NCBI GenBank assembly: GCA_934444765.1
Contig: CAKSDC010000006.1
Span: 12,760-76,759 of the forward strand
Origin: an uncultured Oscillospiraceae bacterium
Lineage (GTDB): Bacteria; Bacillota; Clostridia; Oscillospirales; Ruminococcaceae
Length of the DNA stretch: 64,000 nt
Direction of reading: 5' to 3'
Part shown: piece after piece, positions 29,759 to 40,403 of the stretch
Position numbering within the stretch: position 1 is the stretch's first letter
How the letters are laid out: each line of letters opens with the position of its first letter
Made by a program: the position numbers and the translations under genes
The notes under the pieces: model-generated
Told to the model about the DNA's origin: nothing
Seen by the model: the letters and a program-made list of their open reading frames with translations, nothing else
Databases searched by the model: none

Positions 29759-30592
29759 TTATAGTCGATATATTATGTAGTCTATAGTTTCAGCTACAGC
29801 ACCTGTATTGTTGTTGTGATTAGTAACGTGGTCGGCTGAACGTCTAACGTTTTTGATAGCGTTATTAGGAGCTACTCCTAAATTAGCCTCTTTGAGCATT
29901 TCAATATCGTTGTTGTAATCGCCTATGGCTACTACTATGCAATCGTGTAGACCTAATATCCTTTTATACTCTCTTAGAGCCTTACCCTTAGAACACCCTT
30001 TAGGCAACATTTCATAGTACTGGTCGGTAGACTTAACAAAGTCCACATACTCAGTATAGCCCATATACTCCACAAACCTGATAAGTTGTGGCATAGTTTT
30101 GCTATCCATAGCGAATAGCATTTTAATACGTTTTTCACTTTGAATGCTTTTACTGTTACAAAATTCTTTTAGAGTACAGTATATAGGAGTAACTTTAGAA
30201 TATCTATTATGTTCCTGTTCAAATTCGTTATCGTTCACTACGTAAATATCTTTAGAGGTTAATATTTCACAAGCCACGTGTGGAAACTCTTTTAAGATGT
30301 TATCCGCAATATCTTCTGCACGTTCATGAAGTTCGTCTATGTAGATAGGTCTATTGTGTACTACATCGTATATCATACCACCGTTGTATAGTATTACAGG
30401 ATAGCGTATATTTAACTCTTTAAAGTACTGCATAGCGGACTTGTAGTTTCTACCAGTAGCTACAGTAAATATACCCTCTCTAAGTCTAAACTGTTCAATC
30501 GCCATAAGGTCTATAGGATTGATAGTCTTATCGTCTTTAAGTAAAGTTCCGTCCATATCTGATATTAACATCACATGGGATAAGTTTTCCAT
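29759..30592 (-). CDS. Cof-type HAD-IIB hydrolase
   Basis: SDMDGTLL, ATGR, GDYNNDIEML. Start at ATG 30592. Confidence 0.85.
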   Translation of the reverse strand: MENLSHVMLISDMDGTLLKDDKTINPIDLMAIEQFRLREGIFTVATGRNYKSAMQYFKELNIRYPVILYNGGMIYDVVHNRPIYIDELHERAEDIADNILKEFPHVACEILTSKDIYVVNDNEFEQEHNRYSKVTPIYCTLKEFCNSKSIQSEKRIKMLFAMDSKTMPQLIRFVEYMGYTEYVDFVKSTDQYYEMLPKGCSKGKALREYKRILGLHDCIVVAIGDYNNDIEMLKEANLGVAPNNAIKNVRRSADHVTNHNNNTGAVAETIDYIIYRL

Positions 30593-30640
30593 TAAAAATA
30601 TTCCTTTCGCACATAATAACAATATAACATAGCATACCTA

Positions 30641-31549
30641 CTAACTTACATACTTTATAGCGTCGATAAAGTATTTAGGAAGTTCGCTTTCAAACTCAAG
30701 ATACTGCTTAGTGATAGGATGTATAAAGCCTATCTTTTTAGCGTGTAAACACTGTCCTGTGAGTATTTTGCAAGGCTTTCCGTATACGTCGTCGCCTAAT
30801 ACTGGGTGACCTATATACGCCATATGCACTCTAATTTGATGCGTTCTACCAGTCTCTAATATGCACTTAATATGAGTATGTTTTTCAAACTGTTCCAACA
30901 CTTGATAGTGTGTGATAGCCTCTTTAGAGTTTTTAGTAGTAACCGTCATCTTTTTCCTATCTACTGGGTGCCTACCTATAGGAGCGTTTATAGTACCATA
31001 GGGTTCTTTAAGTCTACCTAACACTATGGCTTCATACTCACGAGTGAATGAGTGTTCTTTTATCTGTTCGGCTAAACCTATATGAGCGGTATCCGTTTTA
31101 GCTACTATTAACAGACCACTGGTATTCTTATCTATACGATGTACTATTCCAGGGCGAATTACTCCGTTTATACCCGATAGACTTCCCTTACAGTGATACA
31201 TTAAAGCATTTACTAACGTTCCAGTATAGTTAGAAGGTGCTGGGTGTACTACCATACCTTTTGGCTTATTTACTACTAAAAGATATTCATCTTCATAGAC
31301 TATATCTAATGGAATATCTTCAGGAAGTACGTCCAAAGGTTCAGGGTCTGGAACGTTTACCGTTATAGTATCGTTTAGACGCAGTCTATAGTTTTTAGAA
31401 CTTACTTGACTATTTATCAACACGCAGTCTTTTTCTATTAGGTTTTGCACTGCCGAACGGGTAAGTTCTAAATCTTCTATACTGGAAAGATACTTATCTA
31501 AACGTAACCCCACATAGTCTTCAGTAGTAATAATAGTAAGTTGTTTCAA
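30641..31549 (-). CDS. rluD: RluA-family 23S rRNA pseudouridine synthase
   Basis: S4 domain plus HRIDKNTSGLLIVAK and GRTHQIRVH. Confidence 0.9.
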   Translation of the reverse strand: MKQLTIITTEDYVGLRLDKYLSSIEDLELTRSAVQNLIEKDCVLINSQVSSKNYRLRLNDTITVNVPDPEPLDVLPEDIPLDIVYEDEYLLVVNKPKGMVVHPAPSNYTGTLVNALMYHCKGSLSGINGVIRPGIVHRIDKNTSGLLIVAKTDTAHIGLAEQIKEHSFTREYEAIVLGRLKEPYGTINAPIGRHPVDRKKMTVTTKNSKEAITHYQVLEQFEKHTHIKCILETGRTHQIRVHMAYIGHPVLGDDVYGKPCKILTGQCLHAKKIGFIHPITKQYLEFESELPKYFIDAIKYVS

Positions 31550-31563
31550 TAGTGTTTTGCCTC

Positions 31564-32052
31564 CTAACTTTTAGTATTAGCTTTACGTTCTTTAGTTTCG
31601 CTTAGTATTAAGTATAGTATCATTAGTATAGTACCCACTACCACGCACATATCCGCAAAGTTGAAGATTGCAAAGTTAAACAGTTTAACTTCTATATAGT
31701 CTACTACTCTACCGTCACGGAATATTCTATCTATAGCGTTACCTATTCCGCCACCTATTATTAGCGTTAAAGAAGTAGTCAACAGTTTAGAACTCTTTCC
31801 ATACTTAAACAGAAAGTATCCACATACTAACACCATTACTATACTAACTACTATCAACATAGTGGTCATACCAGAAAACGAACCGAACACCGCACCATCA
31901 TTTTCAAGATAGGTTAAGTCTATAACTTTAAGACTTCCAAACTTTATGAACTCTATACTATCTGCACCCTTTAGATTAGCTATAGCCCAAACTTTAATAA
32001 GTTGGTCTACTACTGCAAGTATAACTATTACTATTAAAGAGAGTATATACAT
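31564..32052 (-). CDS. lspA: lipoprotein signal peptidase II
   Basis: GGGIGNAIDR and FNFADM. Confidence 0.9.
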   Translation of the reverse strand: MYILSLIVIVILAVVDQLIKVWAIANLKGADSIEFIKFGSLKVIDLTYLENDGAVFGSFSGMTTMLIVVSIVMVLVCGYFLFKYGKSSKLLTTSLTLIIGGGIGNAIDRIFRDGRVVDYIEVKLFNFAIFNFADMCVVVGTILMILYLILSETKERKANTKS

Positions 32053-32083
32053 ACTTAAAATTAAACCTCCCTATTTTAATTAA

Positions 32084-32111
32084 GGGCGGATAGAATACCT
32101 CTCTTCCGCCC
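32084..32111 (-). terminator. weak terminator/processing hairpin between ileS and lspA
   Basis: GGGCGGA/TCCGCCC 7-bp stem with a poor U-run, so read-through into lspA is likely. Confidence 0.35.
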
Positions 32112-32142
32112 CTATATAATATATTCAATTTACATTAGTAGA

Positions 32143-34929
32143 CTACTTATTTAGTGCTTCTACTACACAAGCACATCTATTACATAGTGTAGGGTGAATA
32201 GCGTGTTGTCCTACTGTATTAGAATAAGACCAACATCTTTCGCACTTGTTACCTGTAGCCTTAACTACTTCATAAGATACTTCTTCTACGGTATCATCTA
32301 CTACTATGGATATGCCAGATACTATTAGTACACTCTTTAGTTCATCAGCGTAAGCGTTGAACCTATCTGCAACTTCTTGAGACTTACAATGTACTATAAC
32401 GTTAGCGTCTAAAGACTTACCTATAATCTTATCTACACGCTTTAGTTCTAACTCCTTGTTAGCATCTTCTTTAACCTTAGAGATAAAGTTCCACTTAGCC
32501 TTAAAGTCATCGGAGAATGTCATATTGGATACTTGTGGGAAGTCGTTTAAGAATACACTTTCGGTATTGTCTTCCTTAGTATGAACCATAAAGCTCCAAA
32601 CCTCTTCAGCTGTGAACGATAGTATAGGAGCGGATACTCTAATAAATCCACTTAGTATGTTATACATTACAGACTGTACGGCACGTCTTGAAACGGAGTC
32701 TTTACCGTCACAGTATAGTCTATCCTTAGCGATATCTAAATAGAAGTTAGACATATCTACAGTACAGAACTTAATGATAGCTTGTAGTACTATATGGAAG
32801 TCAAAGTCGTTATAGCCTCTATTAGCAGTATTAATAAGTTCATCAAACTTCATAATAGCCCATTGGTCTATCTCTTGTAACTTATCGTTAGATACCGTAT
32901 CAGTATCAGGATTGAAGTCGGATAGGTTCTGTAGGAAGAAACGAGCAGTATTTCTAATCTTTCTGTAAGCCTCGGATAGTTGCTTTAGGATATCGTTAGA
33001 TATTCTAATATCAGAGTGATAGTCAGAAGACGCTACCCATAGTCTTAATATGTCTGCACCGTACTTATCAGTAATTTCGCTTGGGTCGATACCATTACCT
33101 AAAGACTTATGCATAGTCTTGCCTTGACCGTCTACTACCCAACCGTGAGTACATACTGCCTTATATGGAGCCTGTCCTTTGTATACTACAGAAGTTAATA
33201 ATGAAGATTGGAACCAACCTCTATACTGGTCTGCACCCTCAAGGTATAGGTCAGCAGGGGCAGAGAGTTCTTCATACTCATCTAATACGGAAGTGTGGGA
33301 TACACCACTATCGAACCAAACGTCCATAATGTCGTATTCCTTAGTAAATTCACCACAACCACATTCGCACTTAACGTCAGCAGGAATAAATTCGGATACT
33401 TCCTTAGTCCACCAACTATCAGAACCTTCTCTTCTGAACATATCAGATATAGCCTTTATAGTTTCATCGGTAACTATAGGCTTTCCGCAATCCTTACAGT
33501 ATATTACTGGAATAGGTACACCCCAAGTACGTTGACGGGATATACACCAGTCGCTACGGTCTTTAACCATACCTTTAATTCTATCTTCGCCCCATTCTGG
33601 TATCCACTTAACGGTTTCGATAGACTTAACCGCCTCATCCTTAAAGCCGTTTACGGAACAGAACCATTGTTCAGTAGCTCTGTAGATTATTGGACTATGA
33701 CATCTCCAACAGTGTGGGTATTGGTGAGTAATCTTTTTGATAGCTAATAGAGAGTTAAGTTCTTCTAACTTTTTAGCTATAGCCTTATTAGCAGTATCGG
33801 TATCCATACCTTCAAATTCGCCAGCTTCTTTGGTCTGTCTGCCCTTGTCGTCTACACATACTAAGATACCTATATCATCATAGTTACGGCATACTTCAAA
33901 GTCTTCTACACCGTAACCTGGAGCAGTGTGTACACAACCTGTACCACTTTCAAGAGTTACATGGTCGCCTACTATTACTGGAGATAGTCTATCGTATAGT
34001 GGGTGCTTAGTCTTGATGTATTCTAAGTCTTTACCTGCAAAAGTACCTATAGTTTGATAGTCTGTGATACCTGCACTTTCCATAGTTTCACGAACTAACT
34101 CTGTAGCCATTACGTAGTATTCTTCCTTGTCAGTAGGCTTTACTAAAGTATACTCATATTCAGGACCTACACATATAGCCAAGTTACCTGGAATAGTCCA
34201 AGTGGTGGTAGTCCAAATTACAAAGTAGATATTACTTAGTGGTATATTAGTATTAGCGAATACTCCCTTATCGTCTACTACGTTGAACTTAACGTAGATA
34301 GAATAGCATGGGTCGTCGGCATACTCAATTTCGGCTTCAGCTAATGCAGTGTTACAGTCTGGACACCAATACACAGGCTTTAGACCTTTATACATATATC
34401 CTTGTTTAACCATTTTTCCGAATACTTCCACTTGACGTGCTTCATACTCTGGGCGTAGTGTTAAGTATGGATGTTCATAGTCGCCTATGCTACCTAAACG
34501 CTTAAACTGAGCCATTTGGCTCTTAACGTGAGTTAATGCGAACTCTTTACAGTGCTTTCTTAACTCTACTGGAGGAATAGCACCATTTTCTACACCTATA
34601 GACTTCATAGCCTTTAGTTCTATAGGTAGACCGTGAGTATCCCAACCTGGAACGTAAGGAGCTTTATAGCCACTCATATTTTTTTGCTTGATAATAAAGT
34701 CTTTTAGTACCTTATTTAAAGCAGTTCCAAGGTGAATAGAACCGTTAGCATAAGGAGGACCATCGTGTAAGATGTAGGTAGGCTTACCCTCGTTTTTTTT
34801 CATCATCTTATCGTATAGACTTTCTTCGTCCCACTTTTTTAGAGTGTCTGGTTCTCTTTTAGGCAAGTTACCACGCATTGGGAAGTCTGTCTTAGTGAGA
34901 TTAAGAGTTAAATTATAATCTTGTGACAT
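32143..34929 (-). CDS. ileS: isoleucine--tRNA ligase
   Basis: 928 aa: PPYANGSIHLGTALNK (HIGH), KMHKSLGN (KMSKS), C-terminal CERCW...CNRC Zn motif. Confidence 0.97.
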   Translation of the reverse strand: MSQDYNLTLNLTKTDFPMRGNLPKREPDTLKKWDEESLYDKMMKKNEGKPTYILHDGPPYANGSIHLGTALNKVLKDFIIKQKNMSGYKAPYVPGWDTHGLPIELKAMKSIGVENGAIPPVELRKHCKEFALTHVKSQMAQFKRLGSIGDYEHPYLTLRPEYEARQVEVFGKMVKQGYMYKGLKPVYWCPDCNTALAEAEIEYADDPCYSIYVKFNVVDDKGVFANTNIPLSNIYFVIWTTTTWTIPGNLAICVGPEYEYTLVKPTDKEEYYVMATELVRETMESAGITDYQTIGTFAGKDLEYIKTKHPLYDRLSPVIVGDHVTLESGTGCVHTAPGYGVEDFEVCRNYDDIGILVCVDDKGRQTKEAGEFEGMDTDTANKAIAKKLEELNSLLAIKKITHQYPHCWRCHSPIIYRATEQWFCSVNGFKDEAVKSIETVKWIPEWGEDRIKGMVKDRSDWCISRQRTWGVPIPVIYCKDCGKPIVTDETIKAISDMFRREGSDSWWTKEVSEFIPADVKCECGCGEFTKEYDIMDVWFDSGVSHTSVLDEYEELSAPADLYLEGADQYRGWFQSSLLTSVVYKGQAPYKAVCTHGWVVDGQGKTMHKSLGNGIDPSEITDKYGADILRLWVASSDYHSDIRISNDILKQLSEAYRKIRNTARFFLQNLSDFNPDTDTVSNDKLQEIDQWAIMKFDELINTANRGYNDFDFHIVLQAIIKFCTVDMSNFYLDIAKDRLYCDGKDSVSRRAVQSVMYNILSGFIRVSAPILSFTAEEVWSFMVHTKEDNTESVFLNDFPQVSNMTFSDDFKAKWNFISKVKEDANKELELKRVDKIIGKSLDANVIVHCKSQEVADRFNAYADELKSVLIVSGISIVVDDTVEEVSYEVVKATGNKCERCWSYSNTVGQHAIHPTLCNRCACVVEALNK

Positions 34930-35043
34930 AAATAGTATTCTCCAATCTAATACACTATAAGTGTAATATTTTTGTATTTAATATAGAACGATATAGTATT
35001 AAGTATACCATATCATTCTAAATAATAATAGTATATGTAAGTA

Positions 35044-35610
35044 CTACTTAGAAGCCTTTTCGACAGTATTAGGAACGTTAGAACTATCAGCCTCGGCATC
35101 TTCGTAACCGTCCTCGTCGTATTCATCTTCAATTTCTACTTCTGGCATACTGGATATTAGTTCTAAGTGATTTTTATACATATCGAATAGGTTCTTTTTA
35201 AAGTCCGAAACCACTTGTTGAACGTCGGCAAGGTGTTTTTCTTCCGCCTCTATATCTTTGCGTAAAGCGTTTACTTCCTTTTCGGCGGTAATAACCGATT
35301 CGTTAATAATTCTTTCAGCTTCGGCGTTAGCCTCGGTGATAATCTCATCGGACTTCTTTTTAGCTTCTACTATACTTCTGTGACCTTCTTTTTTAGCAGA
35401 TAGCAAAGCCTCTTTAACTGCCTCTTCATCTTGACGATATTCTCTAACCTTATCGGCTAATATCTGTAGCTTTTTATTCATTTCTACGTTTTCTCTTTCC
35501 AAAGTAGAAAATTCCGATGCTACTTGGTTTAGATAGTCGTCAACGTCTTCCTGTTTGTAACCAAAAGATACTTTTTCAAACTTTTGACTACTAATATCCT
35601 TTGCATTCAT
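35044..35610 (-). CDS. divIVA: cell-division protein DivIVA
   Basis: MNAKDISSQKFEKVSFGYKQEDVDDYL plus coiled coil. Start at ATG 35610 (GAGGTG SD). Confidence 0.85.
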   Translation of the reverse strand: MNAKDISSQKFEKVSFGYKQEDVDDYLNQVASEFSTLERENVEMNKKLQILADKVREYRQDEEAVKEALLSAKKEGHRSIVEAKKKSDEIITEANAEAERIINESVITAEKEVNALRKDIEAEEKHLADVQQVVSDFKKNLFDMYKNHLELISSMPEVEIEDEYDEDGYEDAEADSSNVPNTVEKASK

Positions 35611-35626
35611 GGAAAAAATCACCTCA

Positions 35627-36388
35627 TTATAAATATTTGTTTACTAATAAGTGTAACCTACCTTTTTTAGTAGGTTCAGAAACGTTTTTAAGGATATACT
35701 TACCATAACCCTTAATAGAAAAAGTGTCGTCTACTTTTAGACTGACCGCAGGTGAAAACACTTCAATATGGTTTACGTACACCACCTTAGACTTTATAAG
35801 CTGTACCGCATTGGCACGACTTAAACCAGTAACCAAACTAACTATACAGTCTAATCTAAGAGAGGCAACCGTTCCATTAATATCTTTAAAGTTTTGTGTA
35901 GCGTTTAAAGATATACTATCTACTATGGAAGTCTTAACGCCTACTCTACCAATGCGAACCAGTTCGTTAGATATAATATCAGCTACAGTATCTAACACTG
36001 CTACTTGAGTAGTTCCTTGTTTAACTACTATATCGCCTATAGAACTACGTGTAACGTTTAGCGACATTATAGCACCTAAGAAGTCACGATGTGTTAGACT
36101 ATTAAAGTTGCTACTATAGTTAAACTGTACTACTTTTATAGGGAAGTCCTGCGGTTCTATTGGAATGTACGTACTGTGTACACACATAACCTTTCTATCA
36201 GCATTAGAATATCCACCCCAAAGAGTAACTTCGGTCTGTGGATAGTAATACTTTAAAGTAGGTATACGCTGTAAAGCGGTAGAGAGTTCTAACTCGTCTA
36301 AATACTGTGTATACTTTACAGATACGTTCTTTTCTACTAACTTAAACATATCCTCTAACTTATTTAGGAATAATACGTTACTTTGCAT
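35627..36388 (-). CDS. ylmH: YlmH-like S4-domain RNA-binding protein
   Basis: Position between sepF and divIVA; C-terminal S4-like region (RLDCIVSLVTGLSRANAVQLIKSKVVYVN). Confidence 0.75.
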   Translation of the reverse strand: MQSNVLFLNKLEDMFKLVEKNVSVKYTQYLDELELSTALQRIPTLKYYYPQTEVTLWGGYSNADRKVMCVHSTYIPIEPQDFPIKVVQFNYSSNFNSLTHRDFLGAIMSLNVTRSSIGDIVVKQGTTQVAVLDTVADIISNELVRIGRVGVKTSIVDSISLNATQNFKDINGTVASLRLDCIVSLVTGLSRANAVQLIKSKVVYVNHIEVFSPAVSLKVDDTFSIKGYGKYILKNVSEPTKKGRLHLLVNKYL

Positions 36389-36400
36389 AGTAGATATATA

Positions 36401-36988
36401 TTAGTTATCATTACCTTCGATATTTTCAAGTTCTCTAACTATGTTATCGCCAACAAATCCAACGTTTTGAGGAGTAACTATGTAGGTAAACTTAGCAACC
36501 TTTTTAATATTACCGCCTTTAGCGTAAGCAACACCAGCTATAAAGTCTATAATTCTTCTCTTGTTTTCAGCGTTAGCAGTTTCCAAGTTAAGGACTACAG
36601 TTTTACCTTTTAATAGATGGTCTGCAATCTGTTTAGCGTCGGTAAAGACTTCAGGTCTTACCAATACTACCTGTATCATAACGTTAGCGTTAATAACGTG
36701 TGAGTTGCCGTTATTATTAGCGTTTGCGTTATTATAGCTTTTATTAGCTTCTTCATTACGTGTTTGCGATTGATATTGATTACGAGTTTCTCTTTCTTCC
36801 ATATTTTTGTAACTACTTTCTTTAACAGTTTCATTATCCGATTTATAACGACGGTGACGTTCCTGTTGTTCTTCTTCTTCACGAGGATTAGGTTCATCAA
36901 CGTTATCTATTGAGTTGGTATCTTCTTCCTCTGGTTCTTCTGCCTTTTCCACCAAGAACCATTTTTTAAAGTTATCAGCAACACTCAT
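36401..36988 (-). CDS. sepF: cell-division protein SepF with a long charged/Asn-rich linker
   Basis: N-terminal amphipathic MSVADNFKKWF; C-terminal SepF core (VLVRPEVFTDAKQIADHLLKGKTVVLNLE...IIDFIAGVAYA). Start at ATG 36988. Confidence 0.85.
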   Translation of the reverse strand: MSVADNFKKWFLVEKAEEPEEEDTNSIDNVDEPNPREEEEQQERHRRYKSDNETVKESSYKNMEERETRNQYQSQTRNEEANKSYNNANANNNGNSHVINANVMIQVVLVRPEVFTDAKQIADHLLKGKTVVLNLETANAENKRRIIDFIAGVAYAKGGNIKKVAKFTYIVTPQNVGFVGDNIVRELENIEGNDN

Positions 36989-37063
36989 ATAATACTTCCT
37001 TTCTTCGCACACAGATAAGACATATTGTACTATAACTAAAAATCAAGTCTTGTGCGATAGACT

Positions 37064-37768
37064 TTATTTTTTAGTTGAATAGTCTCTTGCACCGAATAGT
37101 GCAGTACCAATTCTAACCAAAGTAGAGCCGTACTTAATAGCATCGGCATAGTCTACAGAAGTACCCATAGACAATATAGTCATACTTATATTATCTAATT
37201 TTTCTTGTGAAATGTCAATATACAATTCTTGCATTTTAGCTAAAAATTTTTCTCCACTATTAGGAGGAGGTAAAGTCATAAGACCTTTAACTTTAACGTT
37301 TTGCAAGTTAGAAACTTGTACCAAAAACTGTTTAAGTTGGTCAGGTAGTACTCCAGCTTTAGTAGGTTCTTCACCGATATTAACTTCTACTAATATATCT
37401 TGAACCTTGTTAAACTTTTTAGCAAGTCTATCGATTTCGGTAGCAAGTTTAATACTATCTACCGAATGTATTAGGTTTATATCGTTTATAATATACTTAA
37501 CCTTGTTAGTTTGAAGTCTACCTATAAAGTCCACAGTGGCCGAAGGGTTGTAGTATGGCTTTTTGCCCAAGTATTCTTGAACCTTATTTTCACCCAAAAG
37601 GTTTATACCAAGACCGATAGCATAGTTAATAGCCTCTGGTTGAACGGTTTTAGTAACTGCCATAATCTTAACGCTATCGTTAGAAGTTCTATACTTAGCA
37701 ATAGAGTTATTAACGCCGTCTAATATGCGTTTATAGTTATCTTGTATATAGTTAAAGTTAGTAATCAT
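37064..37768 (-). CDS. yggS: YggS/YlmE-family pyridoxal-phosphate homeostasis protein
   Basis: AVTKTV (PLP Lys), HFIG-like DFIGRLQTNKVK, LSMGTS.DY..AI..G.T.VRIG. Confidence 0.9.
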   Translation of the reverse strand: MITNFNYIQDNYKRILDGVNNSIAKYRTSNDSVKIMAVTKTVQPEAINYAIGLGINLLGENKVQEYLGKKPYYNPSATVDFIGRLQTNKVKYIINDINLIHSVDSIKLATEIDRLAKKFNKVQDILVEVNIGEEPTKAGVLPDQLKQFLVQVSNLQNVKVKGLMTLPPPNSGEKFLAKMQELYIDISQEKLDNISMTILSMGTSVDYADAIKYGSTLVRIGTALFGARDYSTKK

Positions 37769-37894
37769 TATAGTATACCGTTACTTTATAACCTATAGTA
37801 GATACTATAGACTACAGTTGTAAACTTACAGAGTAGCCTATAGTACAGTAACATATTCCTTTCATAAAAGTATAGTAGTCATCTTAATAGATAA

Positions 37895-39088
37895 CTAACT
37901 ACTAACACCTTCTACTACTATGTCATCGTATAGAGCCAAATAGTCGTCATCGGCGTTAGCTTTAGAGATTATATATTCGTTAGCACGATATATAACGTCT
38001 ACTTTTTTAAACTTAATCTGTTCTCCAACCTTAATGTATACTCCTTCTACGTCGTCTACAAATCTTAAAGCGGACTTAGGAACTCTAATGCCTTGATAGT
38101 TTTCTTTAGACATTTCTATAGTTTCCACTCTATGTTGTACTACGTCGTCGGACATATTGTCGCACTGAACGTATACTATACTCTCGTTAGGACGTTCGGT
38201 ACTCTTAATATTAGTAACCTTACCTTTAATATTAATAGAACTGGATTCTAAACTTAAAGTAACCGTATCGTTTACTGCAAAAGTATCTTTAGAGTTGTCT
38301 ATTACGCCCACTATGTACCATTTGTAGCCGTCTATTAACTTGCCTATAACGTTGTTAGTGTTTAAGCCGTCGGTTTCGTCTTTAACGTTGTTAAGGTCGT
38401 TTACGGTTAGACTATCCATAGTATCTATAGATAGAGTATCCTCATAGCCGTCTATGTAGCTAACAAAGTATGCGGGCTTATCTACTCTAATAGTGCTAAC
38501 GGGTTCGGAAAGTTTAGCCTCTAAGTCGCTAATCTGAGTATTAAGTTCCGATATTCTACCTTCAAAACTGCTATCTGGGTCGGTAACTATTTGTAGAGTG
38601 CTTAACTGAACTAATAGTTCCTCTTTGGTAGTAGATACTTTTTCAAGATTGCCAAGTTCTTTATTATAGGCTATGCTTAGATACTTTTCTTCTATTAGCG
38701 AAGTAATATAAGAAGGTTGTGCAACCTCGGTAGTACCAGGGTTTTGAATTTTAACTAATACGTCCAACTCTGATTGTAGCTTTTGAATTTCTTGTTTAGT
38801 CTCTATGTCGCTTTCGTCGGCATATATATAGGCTACTACGGAGTTTTTAGCAAGTTTGCCACCGTCTGCAACGGCATAACTGACTACACCGTTTCCGCCA
38901 TCGAAAGTTAAAACCTGTTCATCACGAACGTATATGCCATTAAAAGTAATCTTATTAGAAGTAGTATACGCTATAGCGGTTTCGGTAGTATAGTTATTTA
39001 TCAATCCATGACATAGTATATTAACCACTATACTAACCACTAATAGCAATATTACAGCAAGAGTAAAGTTAGAAGTTGAACTATTCAT
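37895..39088 (-). CDS. HlyD-like membrane-fusion-type protein (single N-terminal TM, coiled coil, beta-barrel-like C-terminus)
   Basis: TM segment LAVILLLVVSIVVNIL and a central coiled coil (QEIQKLQSELD...ELNTQISDLEAKL). Family assignment is tentative. Confidence 0.4.
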   Translation of the reverse strand: MNSSTSNFTLAVILLLVVSIVVNILCHGLINNYTTETAIAYTTSNKITFNGIYVRDEQVLTFDGGNGVVSYAVADGGKLAKNSVVAYIYADESDIETKQEIQKLQSELDVLVKIQNPGTTEVAQPSYITSLIEEKYLSIAYNKELGNLEKVSTTKEELLVQLSTLQIVTDPDSSFEGRISELNTQISDLEAKLSEPVSTIRVDKPAYFVSYIDGYEDTLSIDTMDSLTVNDLNNVKDETDGLNTNNVIGKLIDGYKWYIVGVIDNSKDTFAVNDTVTLSLESSSINIKGKVTNIKSTERPNESIVYVQCDNMSDDVVQHRVETIEMSKENYQGIRVPKSALRFVDDVEGVYIKVGEQIKFKKVDVIYRANEYIISKANADDDYLALYDDIVVEGVSS

Positions 39089-39095
39089 ATATCAA

Positions 39096-39335
39096 CTACT
39101 GAGCCTTTTCGTTACTATCTAATACGGATATAGTCTTAGCTGGAACTATAGTAGAGATAGCGTGCTTATATACCATGTTCTGTTTGCCGTCGCAATCTAA
39201 TATTACTATATAGTTATCAAAGCCTTTAACCATACCTTTAAATTGATATCCACTAACTAAGAATATAGTTATAGGAATTTTTTCCTTTCTTGCTTGATTT
39301 AAAAATATGTCTTGTAAGTTTAACGATTTATTCAT
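39096..39335 (-). CDS. hfq: RNA chaperone Hfq
   Basis: [40 protein letters not shown]...[14 protein letters not shown]. Start at ATG 39335 (GGAGTG SD). Confidence 0.92.
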   Translation of the reverse strand: MNKSLNLQDIFLNQARKEKIPITIFLVSGYQFKGMVKGFDNYIVILDCDGKQNMVYKHAISTIVPAKTISVLDSNEKAQ

Positions 39336-39421
39336 ATAAATCACTCCGTTCTCAATTCTCAATATTAATTAATCTAAAAGATGCAAGTATCTATGCTAAA
39401 TAAATACTTATAGTTATTATA

Positions 39422-40360
39422 TCACAAAAAATTGTGTTTGGCTATAACTTTTTCACAAAAATCCATAATTTTATCGAGAGTTTCAAAATTGTCAGCCATA
39501 ATCCAATTAATTCTGTTATCTTTTCTAAACCAAGTAAGCTGTCTTTTAGCATAGTTTCGGGTTACTTGCTTTATATTGTCGATACAGTCGGAAAGTTGAG
39601 CAGTTCCATTGAAGTATGGTATTAACTCTTTATAGCCTATAGCCTGATTGACCGTCTTCAATCCACCTTGAGTGTATACCTCTTTGCACTCTTGTATTAG
39701 TCCATTATCGACCATTTGGTCTACACGCATATTAATTCTATCGTACAGTTTAGAACGGTCACTATAGTTAATGCCGAATGCAAGCCACCTATAGGGCGTT
39801 TCTACTGAACGGCTCTCTAACTTCAGTTGTGACATAGTCTTTCCAGTGAGTTCATACACTTCTAAAGCACGAACCACTCTGCCAAGATTATTTTCATGTA
39901 GAGTTATAGCCGTTTGGTGGTCTACTTCGTCAAGTCTTTGCAATAGATACGCTTTTCCAAACTCTTCCGCCATGTTATAGTACTTTTGACGAATACTCTC
40001 ATCGGAAGATATTTCGGTATACTGAATATTATCCATCATAGAAGATATATACAGTCCAGTACCTCCGACCACTATAGGCAACTTTCCTCTGCTATGTATT
40101 TCGTCTATCTTTTGATACGCTAACTTAACGTAGTCAGCTACCGAAAAGCTAACGTCTCGGTCTAAAAAGTCCACTAAGTAGTGAGGTACTGCTTGTACCT
40201 CTTCTTTAGTAGGTTTAGCAGTAGCGATATCTAAACCCTTGTATACTTGCATAGAATCCGCCGAAACTACCTCGCCATTGTACTCTTTAGCCAAGGCTAT
40301 GCCTAAAGAAGTCTTACCAGATGCAGTAGGTCCTGCTACTACTAATACTGGTGGTTTCAT
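39422..40360 (-). CDS. miaA: tRNA dimethylallyltransferase
   Basis: GPTASGKT, SADSMQVYKGLDI.TAKP. One of only two TGA-terminated genes in the window. Confidence 0.95.
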   Translation of the reverse strand: MKPPVLVVAGPTASGKTSLGIALAKEYNGEVVSADSMQVYKGLDIATAKPTKEEVQAVPHYLVDFLDRDVSFSVADYVKLAYQKIDEIHSRGKLPIVVGGTGLYISSMMDNIQYTEISSDESIRQKYYNMAEEFGKAYLLQRLDEVDHQTAITLHENNLGRVVRALEVYELTGKTMSQLKLESRSVETPYRWLAFGINYSDRSKLYDRINMRVDQMVDNGLIQECKEVYTQGGLKTVNQAIGYKELIPYFNGTAQLSDCIDNIKQVTRNYAKRQLTWFRKDNRINWIMADNFETLDKIMDFCEKVIAKHNFL

Positions 40361-40403
40361 AATACTACCTCTCTTTCGTGTAGATACAGTTTACAAATAT
40401 AGA

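Noticed and set aside
33179-33747. 118-aa and 150-aa plus-strand ORFs inside ileS
   Set aside because: They lie antisense to a strongly supported 928-aa ileS, have no start context and give unremarkable translations. I treated the other short antisense track ORFs the same way (for example 6353-6751, 18027-18350, 14846-15871, 42818-43843, 53915-55579).
34930-35043. Expected T-box leader upstream of ileS
   Set aside because: Only 114 nt separate ileS from divIVA, which is too short for a T-box. No AGAGA/GGTGGTA elements or terminator are visible, so ileS is probably co-transcribed with the division genes.
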